Assembly: GCA_014905635.1 (NCBI GenBank)
Contig: JABVCE010000011.1
Coordinates: forward strand, 992,001-1,056,000
DNA: 64,000 nt
Origin: Scenedesmus sp. PABB004
Lineage: Eukaryota
Direction of reading: 5' to 3'
Part shown: positions 36,887-48,854 of the stretch, piece by piece
Layout of the letters: every line of letters starts with the position of its first letter
How positions within the stretch are numbered: position 1 is the stretch's first letter
The notes under the pieces: model-generated
Seen by the model: only the letters and a program-made list of their open reading frames with translations
What the model was told of the DNA's origin: nothing
Databases searched by the model: none
Position numbers and translations under genes: made by a program

Positions 36887-38735
36887 GGCGGGCCGCGCGG
36901 GGCCCCTCCTGGCCCCCGCGGGCGCGCGCGGCCGCAGCATGGTGGTGAGCCATCCGTCTGAGGGCGCCGGCGCGCGGGCGCGCGCCCCCGGCCAGCTTTG
37001 TGCGTTGCTGTGCAACTCCCAGCGTGTCGGGTTCATGTCTTGTGCCGGCGCGCGCGCGCGTCGCGCGGCGCCGGCGTGGTTCTGCGTGTGCCGCCGGCGG
37101 CGGCAGCCGTCGGCGCGGCCTGCGTCTGTGGCCCGCGCGGCGCGTGCCCGCGCTCGGCAGCCCAGGCCAGGCCCGCCGCGGCATGTTCCTTTCTTCCAAA
37201 AACCCACACAAACTGTGCCCCAGTGTCGTCGGCGGCGGTGCCGCCGGCGCGGGGGCGGCGTGCCGGTCGCGTGGCGGCGCAGGCGGCGCGCGGGCGAGGC
37301 GAGCCCCGTGTGCGGCTCCGCCCGCCGCGCCGCCTGCGGCGCTGCTGCACGAACAACCCCAGCCGAGTGCCGTGCACGCGAGGGGCGGGGAGGGGCGCGA
37401 GCGCGCGAGGGCGCGGCAGCTGCGGCCGCTGTGCGGCGCGCTGCCGCCGGGAAGAAGGCAGGCGTGTGATGATGGCCGCGCGTGCAGTTTGCCCTTTTGC
37501 TCGCGACGAGGACGAGGACGAGGAGGAGGTCTGGTGTCTCTCTCACAGCACAGAGCGGCGAGGCGGCGAGGGGCAGCACAGGGCGCGCGCGCGCGGCGCC
37601 AGAGGCGCGCGCGCGCGCGATCCCGGGGCGCGGCGCGGGCCGCGCCCCAGAGCACTTGTTGTTTGGCCGCCTGGTTCTGCCTGCAGCCTGCATGCATGCG
37701 CGTGCAAGGGCCCGGGGCCGCCACGTGTGCGGCGGCGCCCGAGCTGAGCTGAGCAGGGACCATCCAGCTGATGGCGCAGGGAGGGGAGGAGGGCTTGGGA
37801 GGGAGGGAGGGCGGCGCGGGGCCCGGCAGTCTGGCAGCACTGCGGGGGCGCGCGCGCTGGCGCGGCCCCCTCGTGACGGTGGCGGGCGCGCGCGAGCAGC
37901 GGCGGCAGTTGTCGCGCGAGTGCAGCGGAGGGAGGCGGCGGAGCGGCGGGGCGGCGGGCCCCCAACCACATATATGCACTGAGGCGCGCGTGCGTGGCCC
38001 ACACACATCGCGCGTGAGCGGGCGGGAGGAACGACGGCGACGGCGGCGGCGCGCCCTGCGGCGAGCGGCGCCCGAGCCCAGAGCATGCGTCGTGTTGGCG
38101 GCGGCGGGCCGTGCCGCCGCCCCGGAGCGCATGACTGCCACGCGGGCGGGCGGGGGTTGCGGGCTGTGCACTGTGTCTGGTGCGTCGTCGTCGGTTTGGC
38201 GTGCGGCCCTGTCGGGCCGCCTGTGTCGTGTAGCACCACCAGCGGGCGGGCGGCGCGGCGGCGGCCCTCGTGTGCCGCCGCGCGCCCGCCCCTCGTCGTT
38301 CTTCTTGCTTTGGCGGGGCGGGGACGACAACGCAAACAGGAGCAGCAGCGCGCGCGGCGCTGGCTGACTGGCGACGTGTGGGTGGTGCGTGCGTGCGAGG
38401 CGCCCCCGCGCCCCTCGCCGCGCCTAGGGCCACCACCACCGCTGCACGAGCGCGCCGCGCCCGGCGCGGCCGCGCCCCCACACTCCCTCTCTCTTTCGCC
38501 TTGAGCAGCAGCCTCACCCTTGGTCGGCGGCGGTGGTGGTGGTGGTGCGTGTGGGTCTGCTTTGCGGCGGGGGGCGGCGGCGCGGCGCCCGGCGCTTGTG
38601 CACACAGACTGCGGGGCGACTGCGAGCTTGGGTCCGGTCTGCGGCGCCGTCTGTTTCCTGGCAGATTAAACGGCCGCCGCGCAGCGTGGCGTGGGTGCGA
38701 GCTCGCGTTCCCCCTGCTCTTCGGCAGACCTCAAC

Positions 38736-39198
38736 GGCGTGTGTTTGAGAGCGCGCGCGTGCGGGCCGGCTGGCGGCGGCCCCCCGCGGCGCGCGCGCTT
38801 GTGGCGGCGGCAGAACGCGGACGGACGGACCCCCCCTGTGCGAGAGCGATTTGACGTGCGCGCGCGCCGCGCGCCGGCGGCGCTTTTGCCTCCTGCCATT
38901 CATCTGAGCCCCCCATGTACGTGTGGTGTGGTGTGGTGCGCGACGCATTTTTGGATTGGGCGTGCAGCCCGTTGCCACCGCAGACTCTGCGCCCGCGCGG
39001 CGGCGGCGCGCGCGCGGCCGGCGTGCGTGCACGCCGCCGCCGCCCCGCCGCCGGCGCGGGGGCCAGCATGATCAGAGAGAGTGCGTGCGCCGCTGGCGGC
39101 GCGCTGGTCCAAGCCAGCGGGCGCGCGGTCGGTCGGTCGTGGGGGATCGGGGGCGGGGGCGTGTGGGGCGTCTGTTCGCTAGCGTAACACACAGCTCA
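38736..39198 (+). repeat. ~460-bp inverted repeat, left copy
   Basis: Reverse complement of ~41921-42377, e.g. CATTCATCTGAGCCCCCCATGTACGTGTGGTGTGG versus CCACACCACACGTACATGGGGGGCTCAGATGAATG. Confidence 0.95.
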
Positions 39199-39478
39199 AA
39201 CTCTCGCTGAAAGTGTCGCCGCCGTCAGGCCGCCGCGCGCTGCGCGCCCTGCGGCGCGTGACCGTCACGCGTCAGGCAGCCGAGCGGGCGCGCGCCCCGA
39301 ACAGGCCGCCGCGCGCCGGCGCTGCCCGCTCACACCCGCCCCGAGCTGAAGGCGGCACAGCCAGAGCAGCAGCACCCGCACGCCCAAGCAAGCGCCCGCG
39401 CCCCGCCGCCGCCGCGCGCCCGCCGCCGCCGCCGCCACCGGCGCTGCAGCTCTGCTGCTGCCCGGCGGTCACCGGAGC

Positions 39479-40464
39479 ATGAGGGGGCGCTGCCCCGCCA
39501 GCAAGCGCGACCCACTCACGCACAAGCTGCCCACAGTCGGCGGTGGGACGCCAAGGCCGAGTGTGGACTCCCTGGCCGCGATCGGCGCGGTGCGGGGCTG
39601 CCGGATGCTGCAGCAGGCCGGCCCGCACGCCCCACCGGGGCTGCAGCGCCAGCAGCGCCTGGCCTGCGCCAGGCGGGGCGCGCGTCGTTCAAGCCGCGTT
39701 CGAACGCGGCCCCGATCGCCTGGCCGCCTGGTGGCGCGCGCTTCGTCACGGATTGACGATTTAAGCCCCTCTCCCGGCGCGGCGGGGCGTCAGCGGGCGG
39801 GGGCGCGGCGCGTCGGCGCGCGGCGCGCCGAGCCGTCCGCGAGCCGCCGGCGCGCACGAGAGCGGCGCCGGCGCGCGCGGGAGCGGCCGGATCGCGACGC
39901 GCCCGCGCGGGGGGCGAGCTGCGCCCGACCCGCCGCCGCCGCGCGGCCGCCGCCCGCCGCAGCTCGTGGAGGCGCGCGTGCGCGCGGCGCTGAGGGGCGT
40001 GCGCCGCGGCGAGGCCAGCGCGCACGGCGCGCTGCGTGCCGTCGTCAACGCGCTCGCGGACGAGCTCACCGACGCGCAGTGGGCGGCGCTGGTGGCGCAC
40101 TTCAGCGCCAAGGAGGCCAAGGGCAAGGTGGGCGGCGAACCTCGCGGCCAGCGGCCGCGCGTGACGCCCCGCGCCCACGCCTGCTCACGCCGCGCGCGCC
40201 CGCCCCGCGCCGCAGCTCGCGCCCGCCAAGCAGCTGCTGCTGCGCGCGCTTGGCGCCGCCAAGGGCCACGTCGCGCCGGCGCCGCCGCGCGACCAGCACC
40301 AGCAGCCGGGCTCGTGCGTGCTGCCCGTCTGCTGCCCGCCCTCGGCCGACGCGGTGGAGCTGTTTGACACGGCAAAGCACCAGCACCAGCTGCGCGGGCC
40401 CGCAAAGCCCGGCCGCGGCGCGTGGGACGCCTCGCCGCTCACCATCACGCCCCTCGACGTGTGA
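39479..40464 (+). CDS. Small hypothetical protein (~174 aa, 3 exons)
   Basis: Exons 39479-39589, 39963-40127 and 40216-40464 all join in phase 0 through GT-AG introns: MRGRCPAS..AAIGA|LVEARVRAAL..KEAKGK|LAPAKQLLL..ITPLDV*. Confidence 0.55.
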
Positions 40465-40506
40465 CTGACCGGCCCGCGGCGGCGGCGGCGGCAGCGAGCG
40501 GCGCCG

Positions 40507-41907
40507 ATGGCGCCGGCCGCAGAGCACCGGGCGGGCAGCCCGGCGGCGCCGGTGCTGCCGCCCACGCGCAACCTGGCGCCCGCGCGCGACTGGTTCTCGG
40601 AGCCCTGCATGCTGGGCGTGGGTGAGCGCCGCGCCGCGCCGCGCGCGCTGGCCGCCGGCGTGGCGCAGCGCGCGCCGCGCCTGCCTCTCACCACACCGCC
40701 GCCGGCGCCAGACGAGGCGGGGCGCGGCCCCGTGCTGGGAGCCATGGTGTACGCCTGCGCCATCGCGCCGATCTCCTACAAGGACGAGCTGGCCAAGCAG
40801 TGAGCCGCCCGTCCGCGCGCCGACGCCGCGCCGCCCGCTCGCACGCCGCACGCGCCGCGCACGCGCCCGCACGCGGCCGCATGCGCGGGGCGCCCGCCGC
40901 CCGAGCGCCGCCCGAGCGCCGCCCGAGCGCCGCGCCGCGCCGCGCGCAGGGCGTACGCCGACTCCAAGACGCTGAGCGAGGGCGAGCGCGCGCGCCTGTT
41001 CGCCGCGCTGGCGGCCGACCCGCGCTGCGCGTACGCGGCCGACCTGCTGAGCGCGCGCGACATCAGCGCCCAGATGCTCGCCGCGTCGCGCGTGAGCCTC
41101 AACGCCGTGGCCGAGGCCAGCACCATGCGCCTCATACAGGACGCGCTCGACGCCGGCGTTGCGCTGACCGAGGTGCGGCGCCGCGCAGCGCGCGCAGGCA
41201 CCGCGCCCGCCAAACCCGGCGCCCGCCGCGCCCGCCGCGCCTTCTGCGACCCCGCGCCCGCCGCGCCGCGGCCGCAGGTCTACATCGACACCGTCGGCGA
41301 CCCCGAGCGCTATGCGGCCAAGCTGCGCCGCGCCTTCCCCGGCCTGGCCTTCACCGTCTGCCCCAAGGCCGACGCGCTCTTCCCGGTCGTCTCGGCCGCG
41401 TCCATCGCCGCAAAGGTCCTGCGCGACACGAGCCTGCTCGCCGAGGCGGCCGCGCTCGGCAGCGGCGCGGCGCTGGGCAACGGCTACCCCAGGTGTGCCG
41501 CCGGCGCGGCGCGGCGGGGCGCGGGGTGCGGTGTGTGTGTGTGTGTGCTGCGGGCGGGGGAGGGGGCGGCACGCACGGCGCGCCGGCCGAGCCCCGCCGC
41601 CTGCCCCCGCCGCGCGCCGCGCCGCAGCGACCCGGTCACGCAGGCGTGGCTCACGGACAACTGCGACGCCGTGTTTGGCTTCCCGCCGCTCGTGCGGTTC
41701 AGCTGGGAGACGTGCAACAGGATCCTGGAGGAGCGCTGCGCCAAGGTCACGTGGCCGGCCGACGGCGGCGACGGCGGCGGCGGCGGCGGCGCGCAGCAGA
41801 CGCTCGCGTGCTTCCGCCGCGCCGACGACAACGCGGGCGAGAGCAGCGGCCTGGGGCGGCACGCCTACTTCCGCCTGCGCCGCCTGCAGCGCGTGGCGGC
41901 GTTCTGA
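40507..41907 (+). CDS. RNASEH2A: Ribonuclease H2 catalytic subunit A
   Basis: Spliced LGVDEAGRGPVLGAMVYA, ADSKTL, VYIDTVGDPERY, KADALFPVVSAASIAAKVLRD, GNGYPSDPVT, FGFPPLVRFSWET. Confidence 0.97.
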
Positions 41908-41920
41908 CTGGCGCTGTGGG

Positions 41921-42377
41921 TGACGCTGTGTGTTACGCTAGCGAACAGACGCGCCACACGCCCCCGCCCCCGATCCCCCACGACCGACCGCGCGCCCGCT
42001 GGCTTGGACCAGCGCGCCGCCAGCAGCGCACGCGCTCTCTCTGATCATGCTGGCCCCCGCGCCGGCGGCAGGGCGGCGGCGGCGTGCACGCCGGCCGCGC
42101 GCGCACCGCCGCCGCGCGTGCGGGCGCAGAGTCTGCGGTGGCAACGGGCTGCACGCCCAATCCAAAAATGCGTCGCGCACCACACCACACCACACGTACA
42201 TGGGGGGCTCAGATGAATGGCAGGAGGCAAAAGCGCCGCCGGCGCGCGGCGCGCGCGCACGTCAAATCGCTCTCGCACAGGGGGGGGTCCGTCCATCCGC
42301 GTTCTGCCGCCGCCACAAGCGCGCGCGCCGCGCGGGGCCGCCAGCCGGCCCGCACGCGCGCTCTCAACACACACCGC
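41921..42377 (-). repeat. ~460-bp inverted repeat, right copy (begins ~14 nt after the RNase H2A stop)
   Basis: Reverse complement of ~38736-39198 with scattered substitutions and small indels. Confidence 0.95.
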
Positions 42378-42591
42378 CACGAGGAGCAGCGAAGGGCGCC
42401 GCGGTGCTCGCCCGCACACGGCGCCCGGCGCCGCTGCCGCGTCGTCGCCGGCGCCGCCGGCCCAGGCCGCCCAGCCAGCCCCGCGGGGAACCCACCGGAA
42501 GGCGCCCAGCCATGCGCCCGAGCGGCGCGGGCCAGGCAGCGACAGTGTAGACAGCGGCGCCACGGCGCACGGCGCACGGCGCCGCTCCGGC

Positions 42592-45500
42592 ATGCAGAGG
42601 CCGCAGGTGTGCGTGACCGGGCTGCCTTATGCGCGCCAGTGGGCGACGTCACACCTGGGCCCTCCGGCCGCGCGCGGCGGCAGCAGCAGCGCCGAGCGCC
42701 GCTGCTGCCAGTGCGCAGGGGCCGCGGGCGGCCCAGCGCCGCGCCCCGCTCGCCGCAAACAGGTACAGTGCATGGAGGAGCCGGCCATGCCGCCCTCGCC
42801 GCGCGCGCCGCAGCCGCAGTCGTCGGGCGGCACGTCCGTCGTCACCGAGGGCGGCCCCGAGGGCGGCGCGCTCGCGGCCGGCGGCGACGACGGCGCGCAC
42901 GACGACGGCGCGATGAGCTGTCTGCACGCGGGGCCCGGCGGCGGCGACGGCGGCGGCTACGACGGGGTGTATGCGTTTCCGAGCGACGAGCTGCTGGGCG
43001 CGCCGCGCAGCCCGCTCTCGGCGGCCGCGCTCGCGTCCGGCGGCGCCGGGCTGGGCGCCTGGCCGCCGCCGCCGGCCAACCCCGGCGCGGGGCTGCTCGG
43101 CTGGATGCGGCGCCAGCGCGAGCAGCTGCCGCAACAGCAGGCGGCGGGGCGCGGGGGCGCCGTGCGGGCGAGCCGGGGCAGCGCCGAGCCGGCGCAGCCA
43201 GCGAGCAGCGGCAGCGACCGGGACGCCGGCAGCGGCGACGGCGAGGGCGGCAGCGACAGCGGCAGCGAGGACTGGGGCCCGCGCAAGGAGCGTGCCGCCA
43301 AGCGCCGGCGCGGCTCGCAGCCGCACGGCGAGGCGGCGCGCGGCGCCGCCGCCGGCCGCAGGCAGCGGCGTAGCTGCAGCAGCAGCAGGCAGGCAGATGC
43401 AGATGCGCGCGAGTGGGCGGGCGAAGGCGCGGGCGAGGACGCAGCAGCCGCGGAGGGCCGCAAGCTGCAGCGCCGCCAGGGCCTCCTCGCGCGCCTGAAG
43501 CCGACGGGGCGGCAGGCGCAGGAGCCGCAGCAGTCGCTGCCGTCGCCGCCGTCGCCGCCGCGGCAGCCGCGCCGCCGGGCGGCCGCGCAGCGCGACGCGG
43601 CAGGGCGCCAGGCGGCCGTGACGGTTGCGGCTCTGGCTGGCAGCAGGGAGGAGCGGCGGCGGCGGCTGGAGCTGGCGGGGCGGCAGGGGGACGAGGGCGC
43701 CGACGCCGAGCCGGCGCCGGCGCAGCAGGCCCCGGCGCGGGCCGCTGCAGCGGCGCCGCAAGGCGCGCAGCCGCTGTCGCGCGCGCAGCAGCAGCGCATG
43801 CAGCGGCAGCAGGAGCGGCAGCGCGCGGAGCTGGCGCTGGCCAAGGGCGCGGAGCTGGCGCTGCCGCCGGCCGCGTTTGCCGCGGCCAGCGACCGGCGCG
43901 GCGCGCTGCCGGGCCCGGCACAGCGGCGGCGCGGCAGCGGGGGCAGCCGCCGCAGGAGCGGCAGCTGCAGCAGCAGCAGTGGCAGGCGGTGCTCGCGGCA
44001 CGACAGCCCGCGCTGCACCCGCCGACCACCGCCACCCAGCCGCAGCAGGGGCAGCAGGCGCCGCCGGCGCACCAGCAGCGACAGCTGCCGCCCTCGCTGC
44101 AGCGCGTGGCGGAGCGCGTGCGCGCCCGCCGCGAGCGCGCCCGCAGCCGCGAGCGCGGCCGCAGCCGCGACCGCGGCCGCAGCCGCGACCGCGGCCGCAG
44201 CCGCAGCAGGGAGCGCCGGCGCAGCAGGGAGCGCGACCGCGGCCGCGACCGCGAGCGCAGGCGCAGCCGCAGCAAGGACAGGGACGGCCGGGAGGTGCTG
44301 ACCGTCGCGGGGCTGCTGGCGGCCGCGGAGGCGCCGCCGGCCAGCGCCGCCGCCGGCCGGGAGCTGCTGGCGAAGCTCAGCCACGCGCTGGAGAAGGAGC
44401 TGCGCCTGCAGGTGGGGCTGGGGCCGCGCGCTGGCGAGGAGCGCAGGCTGGGGCGGGCGCCGCCACGGCCGCGCGCTGAGCCGCCTGCGCGCGCCCTGCG
44501 CTCGCGCGCCCGCGCCCCGCAGCAAGCCGTCAGCGCCGGCGCCGCGCCGCTCAGGGACGGCGGCGCGCGGCTGCGGCAGCAGATCGAGGCGCTGCAGGCG
44601 GCCATGCAGCGGCTCCAGCCGCGGGTGATGCAGCTGGACGCCGCAGAGGGTCACGGCGGCGCCGGCGGTGCGAGGCACCACGTACGCTGGGGCGAGCACG
44701 CACCACCCGGCGGCGTGGGCGCGCCGCCCAGCGCATGGCCCAGCCGCGCCAGCGCAGCGGTGCAGGTGCGGGCCCGCGCCGCCGCCGCCGCCGCTGCCGC
44801 CGGCCCGCCGCCGCCGCCTCCGGCCCGCCGCCGCCGCCGCCGGCGCCGCCGCCGGTGCGGGGCGGGCGCACAGCGCGAGTGTGCGCTCGCGCCCAGCCCG
44901 CGCCGCCGCCTGCGCGCAGGCGCTCACGGAGCAGGCCCTCGCGCGCATCGCGTCCGAGGCGGCGGCGGCCGCCGCCAGCGCCGAGGCGGCGGTCAGCGAC
45001 CGCTGCTGGTACTTCATCCCTCCGGGGCGGCGCCGCCGCGAGCTGGGGCCGTACTGCGCCCGCGAGCTGCTGGCCTTCATGCGAGAGTGCGCGCCGCCGC
45101 GCTGCGCGCTGCGCGGCCGCCGCCGCGGCCGCCGCCGCAGCCGGCGCGCGCGGCGGGGCGCGCCCGCCGCGCCGACGCGCGGCGCGCGGCGCGCACGCGC
45201 GCGCCCGCCGCGCCGCGCAGGGGGCGGCTGCCGCCGAGCCAGATCATCACCGACGACGAGGGCGAGCTGTCGCTGCCGCTCGTGGTCGTGCTGCAGCCGT
45301 TCAAGTCCTTCCTGCTCGCCAGCGACGCCGAGGCGTGGCGCGCGGCGCAGCTGGAGCAGCGCGTCGCGGCGCACGCGGCGCACGCGCGCGCCGCCGCGGG
45401 CGCCGGCGGCGCGCAGCCCTGCGGCGCGTACGACGCGTTCTGGGCGTCTGACGAGTTTGCCGAGGACCCGGCGGACGAGTATGCTGAGGACCCGGCAGCG

Positions 45501-46574
45501 GCGGCAGAGGAGCAGCTGGCGGCCGAGTGCCGCGCGCGCGCCGGGGCGGCGCAGCAGCGGGCGCCCGCCGCCGGGCCGGCGCAGCGCGCGGGCTGGGCCG
45601 GCCCGGGCGCGGCCGGCGGCGGCGAGCGCAGGCCACGGCAGGGCGGCTTCGAGGCGGCGGCGGCGGCAGCCGGGGGTGGCGCGGGCGCGGCCATTCGCGC
45701 TGCCGCTGGCGTGCTGCAGCAGCCGCAGCAGCAGCAGCAGCAGCAGCCGCAGCAGCAGCAGCAGCAGCAGCCGCAGCAGCAGCAGCCGCAGCGCCAGCGG
45801 CATGAGCAGCAGCGACCGCGGGAGCAGCAGGGACCGCGGGAGCAGCAGCTGGAAGCCCGGACAGCCGAGGGGCCGCCCGCAGGCGGCGGAGCCGTGCAGC
45901 GGCCAGCGTCGCCCACCGAGGCGGCCGCGGGCGCGGCCCCGCCGCCCCCGCCCCCGCCGCCGCCGCTGCCCCCACCGCCCCCGCCGCCACCCCCGCCGCC
46001 CCCGCCGCCGCCGATGCCGGCGGCACCGGCGGCGCCGGCGGCACCTGGGGGGCCCGTCCCGGACGCGCCGCCGGCCGGCCCCGTCGACGCCGCGGCCCTG
46101 GAGGCGGCCGTCAGGATGGCCCTGGGCAGCCTCCAGGCAAGCGGCGTGCTGCCGGGCGGCGGCCCGCTGGCGCCGGGGGTCGGGCTCGGCGCGCCGGCGG
46201 CGCCCGCACCGCCCGCGCCGGCGCTCGGCGGCGCGCTCGGCGGCGCGCCGCCGCTGGGCGGGCCCGGCGGCGCTCTCTCGCTGCACGCGCCCATGGGCCC
46301 GGGCGGCTTTGCCGAGCTTGCTGGCCAGGTGGCGCTGGCGCCGCAGCCGCTCGTGGGCCAGCTCGGGGCGGCGCCGCAGCTGGTCGTGGGCGGCCAGCTC
46401 GGGGCGGCGGCACCGCCGCTGCAGGGCCGCATGCTCGGGCAGGTGGTGCAGCAGGCGCCGTGGGGGCCGGGCCAGCAGCCGGGGGCGCTGGCGGGGCCGC
46501 CCGCCTGGCCGGGCGTGGCGGTGCGGCCGGGCGGCGCGCCGCCGCGCGCGCCGACGCTCGGCGGCGGGTGGTGA
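42592..46574 (+). CDS. Low-complexity protein with RS/RD/RE tract, GYF-like motif, polyQ and polyP (possibly RNA-processing related); apparent frameshift near 43910
   Basis: RERARSRERGRSRDRGRSRDRGRSRSRERRRSRERDR; CWYFIPPGRRRRELGPYCARELLAFM resembles the GYF consensus (WxY...GPF/Y..xL); several GT-AG introns. Confidence 0.55.
45718..45791 (+). repeat. (CAG)n/CCG coding microsatellite (polyQ)
   Basis: Encodes QQPQQQQQQQPQQQQQQQPQQQQPQ. Confidence 0.85.
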
Positions 46575-46787
46575 GGCCGCGCTGTGGCGTGGCGCGGGCG
46601 TGGCGCGTGGAACTGTCTCTCGCGCCAGCGACGGGGCGCGGGCTCCTCCTCGCTTCGTGCGCGCCCGTGCACCCCAAAACCCGCGGGCCCGCGCTCAGGC
46701 TATGGCGCGCCCCGCCGCCTCGCCCGGCCTCTTCCAGCACGGCCCGAGGCACGGTCCTCTGCGGCGCGTCCCGCAGCTGCCGCCACG

Positions 46788-48297
46788 ATGGGGGTGCGCG
46801 CCGGCGGCCGGCAGCAGCGCGGGGCGGGGGCGGCGGGGGCGGGGCCGGGAGGCGCGGGCCGCGGCCTGCGCGAGGCGGCGGGGCTGCGGCGGCTGCGCGG
46901 GCCTCGCGCGCCGGGCGGCGGGGGGGCGCGTGATGATGCCGCCCGCCCGCGCCCGCCGCAGTCTCTCATCGCCGGCGACGACTTCCAGCACATCCTGCGT
47001 GTGCTGAACACCAACGTGGATGGCAAGCAGAAGGTCATGTACGCCATGACCGCCATTCGCGGCATCGGGCGCCGCTTCTCCAACCTGGTCTGCAAGAAGG
47101 CCGAGGTGGACATGCGCAAGCGGTGAGGGGCGCCGCGGCGCGGGCGGGCGCTGGGCGGCCGCAGCGGCCCGGCAGCGGCAGCGGCGGCCGCCGCGCCGCG
47201 CCGCTGCTGCGGCGGCCGGCGGCGGCCGCTGGCGGCGCCCGCTGGCGGAGCAGCAGAGGCGCAGCGTCAGCAGGAGCTTGCCAACCAACAGCAGCGGGCG
47301 CGCCAGTGGAGGCCCGGCGGCGGCAGGCGCGGAAGCAGGCCGGGACAGCAGCGGTCGCGCGGTCGACGCGTCGGGCGCGCTCCGCAGCGGCAGCGCCCGA
47401 GCTGGCGGCGGCACCGGGAGCGGGAGCGAGAGCGCAGGCAGCAGCAGCGACGCGCCTCGGGCAGCGCCGGCAGCAGCGGCGACAGCGGCAGCGGCAGCAG
47501 CCACCGGCCGCGCGTCCGGGGCAGCGACGGGCCGCGCGTCGGCCGGCGGGGCGCCGCGCGCGCGGCGCCGCCCGTGCGGCAGCGGCAGCGGCGGCAGCAG
47601 CAGCGGCGGCGGCAGCGTCGCCGGCGGCGGTCTCGCGCCCGTCCCCGCCGCTCACGCGCCCGCCCCCGCCCCGCTCCGCGCGTGCGCGCGCAGCGCCGGC
47701 GAGCTGTCCGCTGAGGAGCTGGAGCAGCTGATGACGATCGTGGCCAACCCGCGCCAGTACAAGATCCCCGACTGGTTCCTGAACAGGCAGAAGGACCACA
47801 AGGACGGCCGCTTCGGCCAGATCACGTCGTCCGCGCTCGAGACCAAGCTGCGCGACGACCTGGAGCGCCTCAAGAAGATCAGGTGCGGCCGCGGGGAGGG
47901 GGCGCCGGCGGGCGCGCGCGGGGGGAGGGCCACGGCGGGCGGCGGCGGCAGCGGCGGCAGCGGCGGCGGCGGCAGCAGCGGCAGCAGCGGCAGCAGCAGC
48001 GGCGGCGGCACGAGCGGCGGCGGCGTTGCCAGCGGCGGCGGCGGCGCGCGGCGGAGCCACGGGCAGGCCGGTGTTCGGCGCGCGTGCGCAGCGACAGGGC
48101 GGCGGCGGCGCGCCCGCAGCAGAGCGCGCCGCGAGCGGCCGGCGGGGGCTGACGCGCCGCGCCGCCGCGCCGCCGCGCCGCCGCGCCGCAGGGCCCACCG
48201 CGGTCTGCGCCACTACTGGGGCCTGCGCGTGAAGGGCCAGCACACCAAGACCACCGGCCGCCGCGGCAAGACCGTCGGCGTGGCCAAGAAGCGGTAA
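46788..48297 (+). CDS. RPS18: 40S ribosomal protein S18 (uS13)
   Basis: [87 protein letters not shown]. Confidence 0.99.
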
Positions 48298-48423
48298 CCG
48301 GCACGAGCCGCGACACGGCTTCGGGTGGTGGTGGCGCGGCGGCCGCGCCGGCGCCGCGCGCCGCCCAGCGGCGGCAGCAGCGGCTGCCGCCGCAGTGGCG
48401 GGGCGCGCTCGTCTCGGCCCCGC

Positions 48424-48428
48424 TGTAA
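48424..48428 (+). terminator. TGTAA poly(A) signal of RPS18
   Basis: Exact TGTAA ~126 nt after the stop. Confidence 0.7.
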
Positions 48429-48854
48429 CAGGGCGCACTCGCTGCCGCGCCGGGGGCGCGAACGGCGGCGCGGCATACGGTGGCGCCAGCAGCGGCGGGC
48501 GCTGGAGCGTTGCCCGGCGCCGAGGGCGCCGCAGGCGGCACGGCGTGCCTTGTGCGGCGCGACTCGCGACTGGCGACTCCGTCGCCGCGCGGCAGTCGAG
48601 CGCGCGCCCCGGGCGGGCCGCGGGGCCGCCCGCGCCCCGCCCCGCAGCGGGCGGTACTTGAGCCGCACGCGCTGCCGCCGCCCGCCATCGCTTCGACACG
48701 AGGAGTGTGCGTTGCCCAACACCACGCAGTCAAGCCAGCGCGTGAGCTCACCCAGCTTTTGCTCCTGCTGCGCCAGCAGTCCGCGACCGACGCGTCTGCG
48801 CCGTCCGCCCGCGCCTGCGGAGTCGAGCGTGCGCACGAGAGGCCGCTCGCAGCC

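Noticed and set aside
40507..41907. RNase H as part of a retroelement
   Set aside because: The motifs are type 2 (DEAGRGP, DSK), the gene has introns and there is no reverse transcriptase or integrase nearby.
46930..46961. GTGATGA (C-box-like) in an RPS18 intron, suggesting an intronic C/D snoRNA
   Set aside because: Only ~25 nt from the acceptor, with no downstream CTGA D box inside the intron.
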